Of a DNA stretch of 64,000 nt, positions 18,985 to 27,811 are shown in pieces (positions within the stretch are counted from its first letter, which is position 1; every line of letters starts with the position of its first letter). Position numbers and translations under genes: made by a program. This DNA comes from an uncultured virus (IMG/VR IMGVR_UViG_3300002092_000003). Lineage: Duplodnaviria > Heunggongvirae > Uroviricota > Caudoviricetes. The notes below the pieces were generated by a model. It did not search any database. It was not told the DNA's origin and worked only from the letters and a program-made list of their open reading frames with translations. The DNA lies in IMG/VR virus record IMGVR_UViG_3300002092_000003, positions 1 through 64,000 of that record; one strand, 5' to 3'.

Positions 18985-19218
18985 ATGTATTTAAAAGATC
19001 CCAAAACTGGCGAACAGTCTGTATCGCTAACAATGCTCGTATTTTCGTTTGTACTTACCACTGCAGCAGCTATTTTTGTATTTGTAAAAACTGGAAGTAG
19101 TAGCCTTTTAGAAACTCAGTTTTTTACGCTTACGGGTTTGTACTTCTCTCGTCGTATCACATTTAAAGGTCAAAGCTTCGGCGCTGACACAACATCGCAA
19201 GAAGCGAATAAGGAGTAA
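18985..19218 (+). CDS. two-TM membrane protein, holin candidate
   Basis: two hydrophobic segments and a charged C-terminus. Confidence 0.5.
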   Translation: MYLKDPKTGEQSVSLTMLVFSFVLTTAAAIFVFVKTGSSSLLETQFFTLTGLYFSRRITFKGQSFGADTTSQEANKE

Positions 19219-19220
19219 AC

Positions 19221-20000
19221 ATGAAGTTTTTATTAGCAGCTATTTTAGCATTCAGTATTGCTGCGCAAGCTGACACAGTTACACTTTCAGATCAGAACAC
19301 TCTATCATTGAATGGACCTGTCGATGGACATTCTATGACTACTTTAATGACTAAGTTACAAGAGCTAAACAAAATTGATACTAAAGAGCCTATTTTCCTT
19401 TTAATCAATAGTCCCGGTGGAAGTATCTATGACGGATTTGATTTCATCCGTTTTGCAGAAACATCTAAAAGACCTATAAATACCATTACTATTTTTGCCG
19501 CATCTATGGCATTCCAAATTGTAGAAGCTTTAGGTACAAGATATGTAACTAGCTATTCAACCCTTATGTCACATAGAAGTAAAGGTGGCTTTCAAGGAGA
19601 ATTTCCCGGACAAGTTAACAGTAGATATTCTCATGTGATGTCACATATTATTGAACAAGATGTTAAGCTTATTGCTCGCACAAATGGTAAGCAAACTGCA
19701 GAATCATATGCTACTTTAATTGCTGACGAGTACTGGGCTAATAGTTCTCGTGCTATTGAGGATGGATTTGCTGATAAAGAAGTTACGGTATCTTGTGATA
19801 AATCTTTGCAAGGATCTCGACAAGAAACCGTAGATATTGGAATTGCTGTATTAAATGTTGAGTTCTCAAATTGTCCATTGATTACAAGTCCTCTTTCTGT
19901 TAAAGCTGTGCAGGGTACTAACTATGTAGAAGAGCATAATATAAATATAAATGCTGAATTCAGAAAATTGTTTGATGTTAAAAACATAGATAAAATCTAA
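19221..20000 (+). CDS. ClpP-like serine protease with N-terminal signal peptide
   Basis: LLINSPGGS, catalytic AASMA, LMSH, AIEDGFAD; N-terminus MKFLLAAILAFSIAAQA. Confidence 0.82.
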   Translation: MKFLLAAILAFSIAAQADTVTLSDQNTLSLNGPVDGHSMTTLMTKLQELNKIDTKEPIFLLINSPGGSIYDGFDFIRFAETSKRPINTITIFAASMAFQIVEALGTRYVTSYSTLMSHRSKGGFQGEFPGQVNSRYSHVMSHIIEQDVKLIARTNGKQTAESYATLIADEYWANSSRAIEDGFADKEVTVSCDKSLQGSRQETVDIGIAVLNVEFSNCPLITSPLSVKAVQGTNYVEEHNININAEFRKLFDVKNIDKI

Positions 20001-20011
20001 GGAATACTAAA

Positions 20012-20284
20012 ATGGAAACTTTAAAGAAATATTTCAGTTACATTATCGGCGGTCTAGGAGCAATCCTAGCCGCTGTTTTCTTTTTCCAGAAGAAAAAAAT
20101 TGACAGCTTGGAAAAAGATGCTATACTGGCTAATGTCGATAAGACAGATGCGGTACTCGGCGCAAAGCAAGAAGCTATTGCTGAAAAGAAAGCTGAAGTT
20201 GCGCAAGAAATGCAAGCGGCTAAACCTGCTCAAGCGGAGAACTTAGATGACAAAGCAATTGAAGACTACTGGAACAAGAAGTAA
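20012..20284 (+). CDS. N-terminal TM + coiled coil (i-spanin-like)
   Basis: IIGGLGAILAAVFFF followed by a helical K/E/A-rich tail. Confidence 0.45.
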   Translation: METLKKYFSYIIGGLGAILAAVFFFQKKKIDSLEKDAILANVDKTDAVLGAKQEAIAEKKAEVAQEMQAAKPAQAENLDDKAIEDYWNKK

Positions 20285-20465
20285 AATCTGGTGGTGTAAT
20301 GTAAGTCGTTCTCCAAGTAATATTGTCGCTGATTTAACTTTATACTACGACGAGTATTCTGAAAATGACCATTTCTGTGATAGATTTCCTTCTCCTATTT
20401 GTTGGATGAAATCTACTGTAATAACCTCAAGTTTAGTGAAGGTATTAATTGATCAAATGGATTAA
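20247..20465 (+). CDS. small protein, SKL-motif family
   Basis: ends STVITSSLVKVLIDQMD*. Confidence 0.6.
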   Translation: MTKQLKTTGTRSKIWWCNVSRSPSNIVADLTLYYDEYSENDHFCDRFPSPICWMKSTVITSSLVKVLIDQMD

Positions 20466-20703
20466 AAATATATTCCGCCGTAAGACTATACTTGACGATT
20501 TGTCAATTGTGCTTGTTGACAAAATCGGCTGTGGATGGTATAATTTACATAGTAACAATGGAGTAATCTATGAGTTCCACTATGATGAAGACGGTAGCAT
20601 ACATATATATCACGATGGCGATATTGTATTTAGTAGTGACGATCACAGCGAAGCTTTTAGCTTATACGTAACCATATACACTTTACCGGGAATTCACAAA
20701 TGA
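20449..20703 (+). CDS. hypothetical protein
   Basis: TTG start with AAGGT SD inside the upstream motif. Confidence 0.55.
   Translation: MIKWIKNIFRRKTILDDLSIVLVDKIGCGWYNLHSNNGVIYEFHYDEDGSIHIYHDGDIVFSSDDHSEAFSLYVTIYTLPGIHK
20516..20544 (+). promoter_or_regulatory. consensus sigma70 promoter
   Basis: TTGACA-17 nt-TATAAT with extended TG. Confidence 0.75.
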
Positions 20704-21101
20704 ATATATTTCACCATAAACACAAACACTTATCTACTACATTTGGAAACGATTGGTTTGCACTTAAAGCTGAAGCATTTGCTAGGTTTTTTGGCACTCC
20801 TATATTTTTGATTGGACAAACTGTGCTAGTAACTACTTGGATTATTGCTAACATACTAGGTATAGTGCATTTTGATTTATACCCTTTTATTCTGCTTAAC
20901 TTGGCTTTTAGCTTACAAGCTGCGTATGCTGCTCCTTTAATATTATTAGCTCAGACACGACAGGCAGACCGCGATAAAGCACATTCTGAGGCTGATGCGG
21001 AACACCGAGAAGCTATTGCTGCGGAGAGCAAAGAAATACTAAAAAGAATTGAATTGCTCACTGTTGAGGTTCATGAACACATTTTAAAGGAATCAAAATG
21101 A
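20700..21101 (+). CDS. DUF1003-family membrane protein
   Basis: FDLYPFILLNLAFSLQAAYAAPLILLAQTRQADRD signature. Confidence 0.88.
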   Translation: MNIFHHKHKHLSTTFGNDWFALKAEAFARFFGTPIFLIGQTVLVTTWIIANILGIVHFDLYPFILLNLAFSLQAAYAAPLILLAQTRQADRDKAHSEADAEHREAIAAESKEILKRIELLTVEVHEHILKESK

Positions 21102-21478
21102 AAATATTATTAATACTCTGCCTATCGATTTCACTAGCCCATGCTGGTAATGTTTCTGTAATTACAAAAGGCACTCCCGCCCCCTTCGATGGGGTACTGT
21201 TCTCCCGTGAGATGGAAAAGGCTATTCGCCAAACCGACTTAGACAACGTGTTTTTAAAACAGCAGAATGCCTCTTTGACGCGTTTAAACGATCTATCTGA
21301 GCAAGAGACAGCTATAGTTACTAAACGCTATGAGAATATGCAATTGAAGGCTAATGAGCTTGCTGAGAAGCAAGTGAAAATGGATAACAACAGCTTCTGG
21401 AAAAATAGCTTGTATTTTATCAGCGGTGCGCTAATTACAGGGCTTATTACTTATGGAGTAGCTCGTGCAGTCAAATAG
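21098..21478 (+). CDS. signal peptide + coiled coil + C-terminal TM protein (spanin-like candidate)
   Basis: MKILLILCLSISLAHA, KGTPAPFDGVLF, C-terminal hydrophobic helix. Confidence 0.5.
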   Translation: MKILLILCLSISLAHAGNVSVITKGTPAPFDGVLFSREMEKAIRQTDLDNVFLKQQNASLTRLNDLSEQETAIVTKRYENMQLKANELAEKQVKMDNNSFWKNSLYFISGALITGLITYGVARAVK

Positions 21479-21513
21479 TATTTGGTTTTGTTCTGTAAAT
21501 AAAGAGGCTATAT

Positions 21514-21699
21514 TTGCAGATATATAAATGGCTTTCCCGCAAAAATCCTGTTAATGATATCAATACGTTTCCTGATTATTTTTTCGATAGTAAAAAGATT
21601 GTATGGATTGATAATGCACATAATAAAAATCATTCCCCTGTAAAGCAAGAGGTATTTGAAAGTGGACTTATCAAAGCTATCTTTGGAAGAATTAGCTGA
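21514..21699 (+). CDS. small protein, SKL-motif family
   Basis: ends KQEVFESGLIKAIFGRIS*. Confidence 0.65.
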   Translation: MQIYKWLSRKNPVNDINTFPDYFFDSKKIVWIDNAHNKNHSPVKQEVFESGLIKAIFGRIS

Positions 21700-21991
21700 A
21701 TTAGCTCAGTCCGATGATATGGACAGTTTCAGCGAATGGTTTCGTTGGGCAAACATCCGTCCCGGTTCGGGATACATCCCTTTGAAATGGCTATACAATA
21801 ATTATATCACACAAGGCTATTTTCCTCTTGACTTTTCTGATTTCTGTGTTAAACTATCCGACGCTATGGGGAATAAAAAGGGATTTACGTTTAATTTCGG
21901 TTCGCCGTTAATTAGCCTTTACACGGAATATACCTTTGAAAAAAAGAAAGACAGATTTAAAAAAACACCGCCACCTAAACCGCGCTCTTAA
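21656..21991 (+). CDS. hypothetical protein
   Basis: GAGG SD before TTG. Confidence 0.6.
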   Translation: MKVDLSKLSLEELAELAQSDDMDSFSEWFRWANIRPGSGYIPLKWLYNNYITQGYFPLDFSDFCVKLSDAMGNKKGFTFNFGSPLISLYTEYTFEKKKDRFKKTPPPKPRS

Positions 21992-22400
21992 CTCTCGAAC
22001 ACGTTCTGATGTCATCGACTATGATTATCTTGATAAGCTTTCACCTACAGAATTAGAATGGCTAAATCGCTTTACGGGAGAGTATGTATCTGGTGCTTTT
22101 AAGAAGCTTCCAGACAGTGTACGAGGCGATGGACGCTATTGTGAGGATAACCTACATACCACTCCAGAACAACGTAAAGAAAGCTATAAGCGGAATAATG
22201 ACCGCAATAATGACTATATTAGTGTAGGCAAGGCAAAAGGTCAAGCAATTTATCCAGTAGATATTTTTGAAACTATAGATGAGGCTACTTATGCTGAGAT
22301 CAACGATTTTGAAACGCTGATGCAAAAGCGTATTGATGGTGAAGAAATAATATGGGAAGAGGATAAAAAAGGAAGAGTAATTAAAAAGGCAAAACCTTAA
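21936..22400 (+). CDS. hypothetical protein, last gene of the + strand block
   Basis: 154-aa ORF converging on the late block. Confidence 0.7.
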   Translation: MKKRKTDLKKHRHLNRALNSRTRSDVIDYDYLDKLSPTELEWLNRFTGEYVSGAFKKLPDSVRGDGRYCEDNLHTTPEQRKESYKRNNDRNNDYISVGKAKGQAIYPVDIFETIDEATYAEINDFETLMQKRIDGEEIIWEEDKKGRVIKKAKP

Positions 22401-22686
22401 TACCATAAAGGAATACAATTGTTCCGGCAATGGCAGGTATAACTTTTAGCAATACAAAGTTTACCATTTTTATGTGATCTTTTATTGGCTTAATATCTGT
22501 TTGGAATTTATCGAGTAATGTAGTTATTTCAGTCTGTACAAGTTCAATTTCTTGCTCATTAATATCAGAACGCTTCTCGTGAATTTCGAGAGAGTCAGTG
22601 TTGCGTGTAAGCTGTATTTCGATTTCATGCAGCTTTTCTAACAATTTATCTAACTTGTCTTCAATCTTATTGAGCTTCTGATCCAT
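22381..22686 (-). CDS. coiled coil + C-terminal TM protein (holin/XhlA-like candidate)
   Basis: heptad N-terminus; FVLLKVIPAIAGTIVFLYGI. Confidence 0.5.
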   Translation of the reverse strand: MDQKLNKIEDKLDKLLEKLHEIEIQLTRNTDSLEIHEKRSDINEQEIELVQTEITTLLDKFQTDIKPIKDHIKMVNFVLLKVIPAIAGTIVFLYGIKVLPF

Positions 22687-24469
22687 CGCTAGGTTCCTCT
22701 AGTGCTTTAAGTTTCTGTCTATAGTAAGGTTGTTGCATTAATGTATTTACCATTGCATTTTTCTTGCTTGTATCTACAGTGTCGTTCACTTTCTGTAAAG
22801 CTTTTGTAATAAAGCTATCTGCTCCGTGAATTTGTGTAGCTTTTTGTATCATGCTATTTGTATTGTCTATAATATTAGATGCTGTATTTATTGCTTTACC
22901 TGCGCCAGTTGCTACAGCTTGTCCTGCCATTGTAGCGCCTTTTCCGATTATTCCCCCGCCACTTAAACCTTGTGCAGAGCGGGCTAATTCTAAACGCTCA
23001 GAAGCGTCTTTAGCTTGCTTTAAAAGCCCTTCTTTTAATTCAGGCTTTACATTGCCAAGTAAATCACCTACTTTATTTAATTGCTCACGAGCTGCTGTAC
23101 CGCCAGAAGTATCTGATCCTACTCTCGACATCACTTTACGCAATGCTTCAGTTTGCCCAATACCTTCCGCAACACTTCCACGAGACTGTCCAAGTACGTC
23201 TTGAGAAGTCATCATAGTAGATAATGCTTTATCGATTGCTTCCATAGGTGTAGCATTTGGATTGCTCTTTATGATATTCTGCACCATAGGATTATCTACG
23301 CCAGATGCAATTTCAGGAGTAATACTTTGTCTTACTTTATCATTTAAGCTATTAGTAAAATCTAATACTGCTTTTCTAGCTTCTGGAGTTTTTAAACTGT
23401 TATCTCCGGCTACTGTATAGTTAGCTGCCATTTTTCGTATTCTATCAGTTTGTGCGGGAGTTAATTCAGTAGTGCCTACTACGCTGTTATCTTCCATAAT
23501 AGAAGATGCTAATTTTTGTAATATGCTCTTGTCGCTTCCTTGTAGAGGATCTGATCCAAGTTCTGATGCAGTTTGATACAAGTTATTTATATCGTCAGAT
23601 GCATTTACAGTAACTCCGGCTTCTTCTGCTTTTTTTAATATAGCAGATTTCGCTTGCCCAAGTTCTGACGTTGTATCTAATAGTTGCTTACGAACACCGC
23701 TGGCAGCTTCTGTAGATTTTGCTTCAGCTTCGTGTAATCCGCTAGTTGTGAAAGGATTAAATCCCTCTTCTCTAGCTAGTTTAAATGTCCCTAGTATCTT
23801 TTTGCCAATACCATAATCTTCTGCTAAGTTTTTAGCTCCTGACATTGCGCTTCCTGCTGCTTGCCCTAAACCTGAAAGTGCAGCTCCTCCAGCAGCGCCG
23901 GTAGCAGCTCCTAATCCAGTTTCTTTAGCTAAATCTGTTCCTGTATTTGCTGTAGAAGTTCCTATAGCATTTGCAGCTCCTAGACCAGCTCCAAGCTTTC
24001 CAGCTTGTAATAGCTTCTGCCCTGTAGATAAAGCTTCTCCGCCTCCTACAAGTCCTTTTAATAGATTTATACCGGCAAGAGGTGCAGCAGCTACTGCTTG
24101 CCCAATTCCTCCTGTTATATTTCCAGCAATAGAAGTTAATGGATTTGCTGATTCTGCAGCATTATAGTTTGCACGAGATTCATCACGTTCTTTTTTATAA
24201 GCTTCAACATCTGGATTAGAGATGCCAGCGCCTAGTAAATTAGCTATTTGTTCAGCTGCACCAACCGGATGTTGTAATGCGCCTGTTAACTCATCGGCTA
24301 AACCGAAAGTTGCACCTTGAGCTGCTCCTCTACCGAATGATTCTAATTTGGAAGGTTCAGCGGGGGCTGCTCCTAATTCAGCTGGAGATGGTAGATCGTT
24401 AGCTGATAATAGCTCATGTGGATCGGGAAGATCTTTTAAACTTATTTCATTATTTGATGACATAACCAC
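22667..24469 (-). CDS. putative DNA ejection/internal virion protein
   Basis: SFGRGAAQGATFGLADE and Gly/Ala zipper segments; position after tail genes. Confidence 0.65.
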   Translation of the reverse strand: MVMSSNNEISLKDLPDPHELLSANDLPSPAELGAAPAEPSKLESFGRGAAQGATFGLADELTGALQHPVGAAEQIANLLGAGISNPDVEAYKKERDESRANYNAAESANPLTSIAGNITGGIGQAVAAAPLAGINLLKGLVGGGEALSTGQKLLQAGKLGAGLGAANAIGTSTANTGTDLAKETGLGAATGAAGGAALSGLGQAAGSAMSGAKNLAEDYGIGKKILGTFKLAREEGFNPFTTSGLHEAEAKSTEAASGVRKQLLDTTSELGQAKSAILKKAEEAGVTVNASDDINNLYQTASELGSDPLQGSDKSILQKLASSIMEDNSVVGTTELTPAQTDRIRKMAANYTVAGDNSLKTPEARKAVLDFTNSLNDKVRQSITPEIASGVDNPMVQNIIKSNPNATPMEAIDKALSTMMTSQDVLGQSRGSVAEGIGQTEALRKVMSRVGSDTSGGTAAREQLNKVGDLLGNVKPELKEGLLKQAKDASERLELARSAQGLSGGGIIGKGATMAGQAVATGAGKAINTASNIIDNTNSMIQKATQIHGADSFITKALQKVNDTVDTSKKNAMVNTLMQQPYYRQKLKALEEPSDGSEAQ

Positions 24470-26048
24470 TCTTAGTTAATAAATCTGTTGCAGCTCCTAC
24501 GTCCATATTATGTTTTACTGCATAATCTTGTACCGTAGACTGAGATACAGTTCCTTTACTAGTTTGCGCTTGTGGAGTAGCTTCTCCAGTATTAAATCTA
24601 TTTGTATAAGTAGCATCTAGTGTTTTATAATCATCAGGATTTAAATGTGCTTTAGCCGGTTCTAGTATTCTGCCGTATCTATCTGATATAGTTTTTTGAG
24701 CATCCTTAGCTAATCCGTTTGAGTAGTTTAAATACTGTTTTAAAAATGCACCTGCATTTGCTCCAGTAGGTTCGTTTGCAAATTTCTGATATACTTCAGC
24801 AAATTTACTCTTTAAAGTACCTTCGTCTAAATGTCCGAATGCAGCTTCTGTAGAACCTTGTCCACTGGCTACCTTTGTTAATTCAGTTTTAAGTAAGTTT
24901 ACCATCTGTTGAGAAATATTGTCTAAATTTCCTCTATATGGTGCAACTAGTGTATTTATTTTATCGGTGGCATATAAATCTCTCTCTGCTTGCTGAACAG
25001 CTGGATTTCCTCTCATTTGTTCTAACATTGCATGAGTTTTATCGAATGCTTTAGATTGTTGTTCTGAAGCTTTTGCAGAAGATGCTACTTGTTTATTAGA
25101 CATGATCTGTGCCATACCTAATTGTTTTGCTTGTAACATTTCAGCAATTTTAGCTTGCATATCTTGGTGATGCATTAATACTGGAAACATTTTCTCCATA
25201 GAACCATATGTTGCCGTATCTGCTACATTCATTCCACTTTGCTTCATAGCATCGCGCATAGCTTTGCTTACATCACTGTTAGGATCGTTTTTATCTTTTT
25301 GATCTTGTAAGGCTAACATATCTGTTGCAGCTTTACGTTTTGCAGTTAAGTCTGTAATAGGATTGTTCGCATTCTCAAAATTCTGCTTATCCTCTTCTGC
25401 GTGATCGTTTCCAATCATAGCGCCCGCACCTAATCCTGCAACACTGCTTCCAATTTTATTTGCACCTTGCATGATGGATGCTAACATTCTGTTGAAGTTT
25501 GTATCTTTTTGTGCTTTCTCGTACTCTGCGTCTCTTACTTGAGCCGGGGCTGCTATAGGAGCAGTAGGAGCCGTTGGTGGAGTAGAGCTATTTGTTGGAG
25601 ATCCTATTCCGATTGATTTTAATTTAGTTAACATACCGGCTGTAGAATCTGGCTCTGCATTCTCGTCTGCATTAGATTCTTCTGCGACATCTTTAGGTGG
25701 TTGTTTATTATTTGTAATACCAACTCCACTTATATCTTCATTTCGATATGGAATTGTTACATCAGGAAGTCCTAATGTTTTATTATTAGATTTTAAAGCT
25801 GAAAGATCTGAATCTGAAATTTGATTTGCTATTTGTGTTGGTGCGTTTTGTCCCGGCAATCCATTCATTAAAGTAGATATTGGATTAGTATTATCTAAAG
25901 GGCGTTGCATTGGAATATTTGAGGAAGAGTTATCTGTCGATTGTAACGCGGCTAATTGCTCTGGAGTTAATGGTGCATCCGCTGAAGTTTGAGATTTATT
26001 TTGCTCTGGTAATGTTTCTAATAATTTTTTTAAAGTTGCATCATCCAT
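24450..26048 (-). CDS. putative DNA ejection/internal virion protein
   Basis: Q/A-rich helical protein; start placed at ATG 26048 after GGAG. Confidence 0.6.
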   Translation of the reverse strand: MDDATLKKLLETLPEQNKSQTSADAPLTPEQLAALQSTDNSSSNIPMQRPLDNTNPISTLMNGLPGQNAPTQIANQISDSDLSALKSNNKTLGLPDVTIPYRNEDISGVGITNNKQPPKDVAEESNADENAEPDSTAGMLTKLKSIGIGSPTNSSTPPTAPTAPIAAPAQVRDAEYEKAQKDTNFNRMLASIMQGANKIGSSVAGLGAGAMIGNDHAEEDKQNFENANNPITDLTAKRKAATDMLALQDQKDKNDPNSDVSKAMRDAMKQSGMNVADTATYGSMEKMFPVLMHHQDMQAKIAEMLQAKQLGMAQIMSNKQVASSAKASEQQSKAFDKTHAMLEQMRGNPAVQQAERDLYATDKINTLVAPYRGNLDNISQQMVNLLKTELTKVASGQGSTEAAFGHLDEGTLKSKFAEVYQKFANEPTGANAGAFLKQYLNYSNGLAKDAQKTISDRYGRILEPAKAHLNPDDYKTLDATYTNRFNTGEATPQAQTSKGTVSQSTVQDYAVKHNMDVGAATDLLTKSGYVIK

Positions 26049-26049
26049 A

Positions 26050-27321
26050 TTATACTCCAAAATATCCTTTAGCGGCTGATAATAGATCATTAACATTTAT
26101 TCCACCGGGATTTGATGCAATAGTCGTTTGAGCTGGTGCAGGAGCTGCTGGTGCTACTCCTGTTGTGGCGGGAGCGGCAGTAGCATTTGCATTTTTTGCT
26201 ACTCCTGCTACGATATCTCCAATGCCAGTTCCAATACCTTTTGTATTTGTTGCAGTTGCTTGTCCAGCAGCAAGTTGTCTTGCGGCTTCTGCTTGTTGTG
26301 CAGCTGTAGTTCTTGATCCAGCATTGTTTAATACTTCAGCATTAAATTTATTAATTGCATTTGTATCTTGTGCTTTAGCTTGTGCTTGTCCAAAATTACT
26401 ATTAATTGCAGACTGTCCCATAGTTCCAACATTCTGTAATGCCGCTAATTGTACTGCTCTACTTTGTTGAGTAATTCTGTCAGCTTCTGCAGCTTGTTGC
26501 GCTCCAATAGCTTGAGAAGCTTGTTGTTGCTGTACCATAGCTTGTGCCGGAGACATATTTAATCCACGTCTAGCCATATCTGTGTTTATTTGTGATTGCT
26601 GTCCTTGCATTGTTGCATCGGCTTTCTGTTGTGCCTGACGCATTGCAATTAAATCTTCTGGAGTTAACCCGCTTTGAGCACGAGCTTGCATTCCTGAAAG
26701 AGCTTGTTGTCTAGCTGCTACGAGAGTAGGATCATCTGTATATGAGCTTAATGCGGAAGGTGATACTTGGGCTGAAGTTCCTGCGGCTTTGATTGCAGCT
26801 GCTGCAGCGGCATTTGAGGCATCTCTATTTCCAGAAGCTTGACTATTTCCAAGAATACCCGCTGCTACTGGAGCTAATCCCCCTAACACTGCCATTCCTG
26901 TAGGGCTTCCTAAAGCACTTAATCCGCCTTTATAGGCATTAGAGAGCTTAGATCCTATGGTACTTAATAGTCCGGGATGAGCTTGGTCGTATGCGGCTTT
27001 AGCTGCTGCAGCATCAGCTGTAGCTTGTTGATCTTCATATCCGCTTTGAGCGTCTCTTGCTGTACCATTGCTTTGTGCTCTTTGTATTTCGCTAGCTTGG
27101 TCTGCTGGAGACATTGCATTCCATTGGTCTTGATCAATGCCTAAATCATAAGCATCTTGGCTGAAAGCTTGATTAGCAGCTACTCCTTTTGCGATACCCG
27201 AAGTATCTTGTAATACTCCTGATGAATCGTCATTAATCCCCTGTGTTGCAGGAGATACGGGAGCTACAGGAGCATCGCCTAGCCCAAGCATATTTTTTAA
27301 ACCGTTAAACGAAAGATCCAT
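26050..27321 (-). CDS. putative DNA ejection/pilot protein
   Basis: A/Q-rich; DMARRGL and Gly-rich hydrophobic segments typical of podovirus ejection proteins. Confidence 0.65.
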   Translation of the reverse strand: MDLSFNGLKNMLGLGDAPVAPVSPATQGINDDSSGVLQDTSGIAKGVAANQAFSQDAYDLGIDQDQWNAMSPADQASEIQRAQSNGTARDAQSGYEDQQATADAAAAKAAYDQAHPGLLSTIGSKLSNAYKGGLSALGSPTGMAVLGGLAPVAAGILGNSQASGNRDASNAAAAAAIKAAGTSAQVSPSALSSYTDDPTLVAARQQALSGMQARAQSGLTPEDLIAMRQAQQKADATMQGQQSQINTDMARRGLNMSPAQAMVQQQQASQAIGAQQAAEADRITQQSRAVQLAALQNVGTMGQSAINSNFGQAQAKAQDTNAINKFNAEVLNNAGSRTTAAQQAEAARQLAAGQATATNTKGIGTGIGDIVAGVAKNANATAAPATTGVAPAAPAPAQTTIASNPGGINVNDLLSAAKGYFGV

Positions 27322-27339
27322 ATTGAATACCTCTACCTA

Positions 27340-27349
27340 TATTTGTTAA
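27340..27349 (-). promoter_or_regulatory. putative phage late promoter TTAACAAATA-N4-TAG
   Basis: one of 7 intergenic copies, all upstream of - strand late genes. Confidence 0.7.
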
Positions 27350-27382
27350 AATAAACCAAGTTACTGAAATCTTTACCGACCA

Positions 27383-27811
27383 CTATTCATGAAAAAACTC
27401 TAAATCCTTGCCTGTTAAAGCTCCAGCCAATTTATATCCTTGTGTATTATTAACTACTTGCATTAAGTTCAATCTTTCTAGCCTTCGCACTACAGCCTTT
27501 GTATTGGTAGCATATAGCATAAATTCAAATCCCGCAAGCTTTGCTTCTGTAAAAATGTGAGGTAATAGCATATCCAAAGCTTCGCTACAATCTCTAACTT
27601 TAGCCGCTTTATCTGTAATCACAAATCCTAACCATGCTATATCTATGTTAGAAGATACAAAATAAGAAAAGGCTATAGGCTTATCATCTTTGTAAACAAA
27701 ATAAGCATCTTTACTTATACTAGCTTCTGTACAGATTTTCCAATCATAAGCTTTAAACCATGATTGCAATATACTGAAGTCTTCCCTTTTATATAAACTT
27801 AGTTTTAACAT
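27383..27811 (-). CDS. GNAT-fold protein (virion-associated acetyltransferase-like)
   Basis: IAWLGFVITD...AKLAGFEFML...RRLERL; between the nozzle and ejection genes as in other podoviruses. Confidence 0.6.
   Translation of the reverse strand: MLKLSLYKREDFSILQSWFKAYDWKICTEASISKDAYFVYKDDKPIAFSYFVSSNIDIAWLGFVITDKAAKVRDCSEALDMLLPHIFTEAKLAGFEFMLYATNTKAVVRRLERLNLMQVVNNTQGYKLAGALTGKDLEFFHE

Noticed and set aside
19221..20000. Prohead maturation protease
   Set aside because: A signal peptide and a location in the early/lysis-like block, far from the head genes, argue against it.
377..21699. SKL motif as a DNA repeat (CRISPR repeat, attC site or DGR variable repeat)
   Set aside because: Copies differ at synonymous positions and show no palindrome or fixed spacing; no cas, integrase or reverse transcriptase gene is visible in the window.
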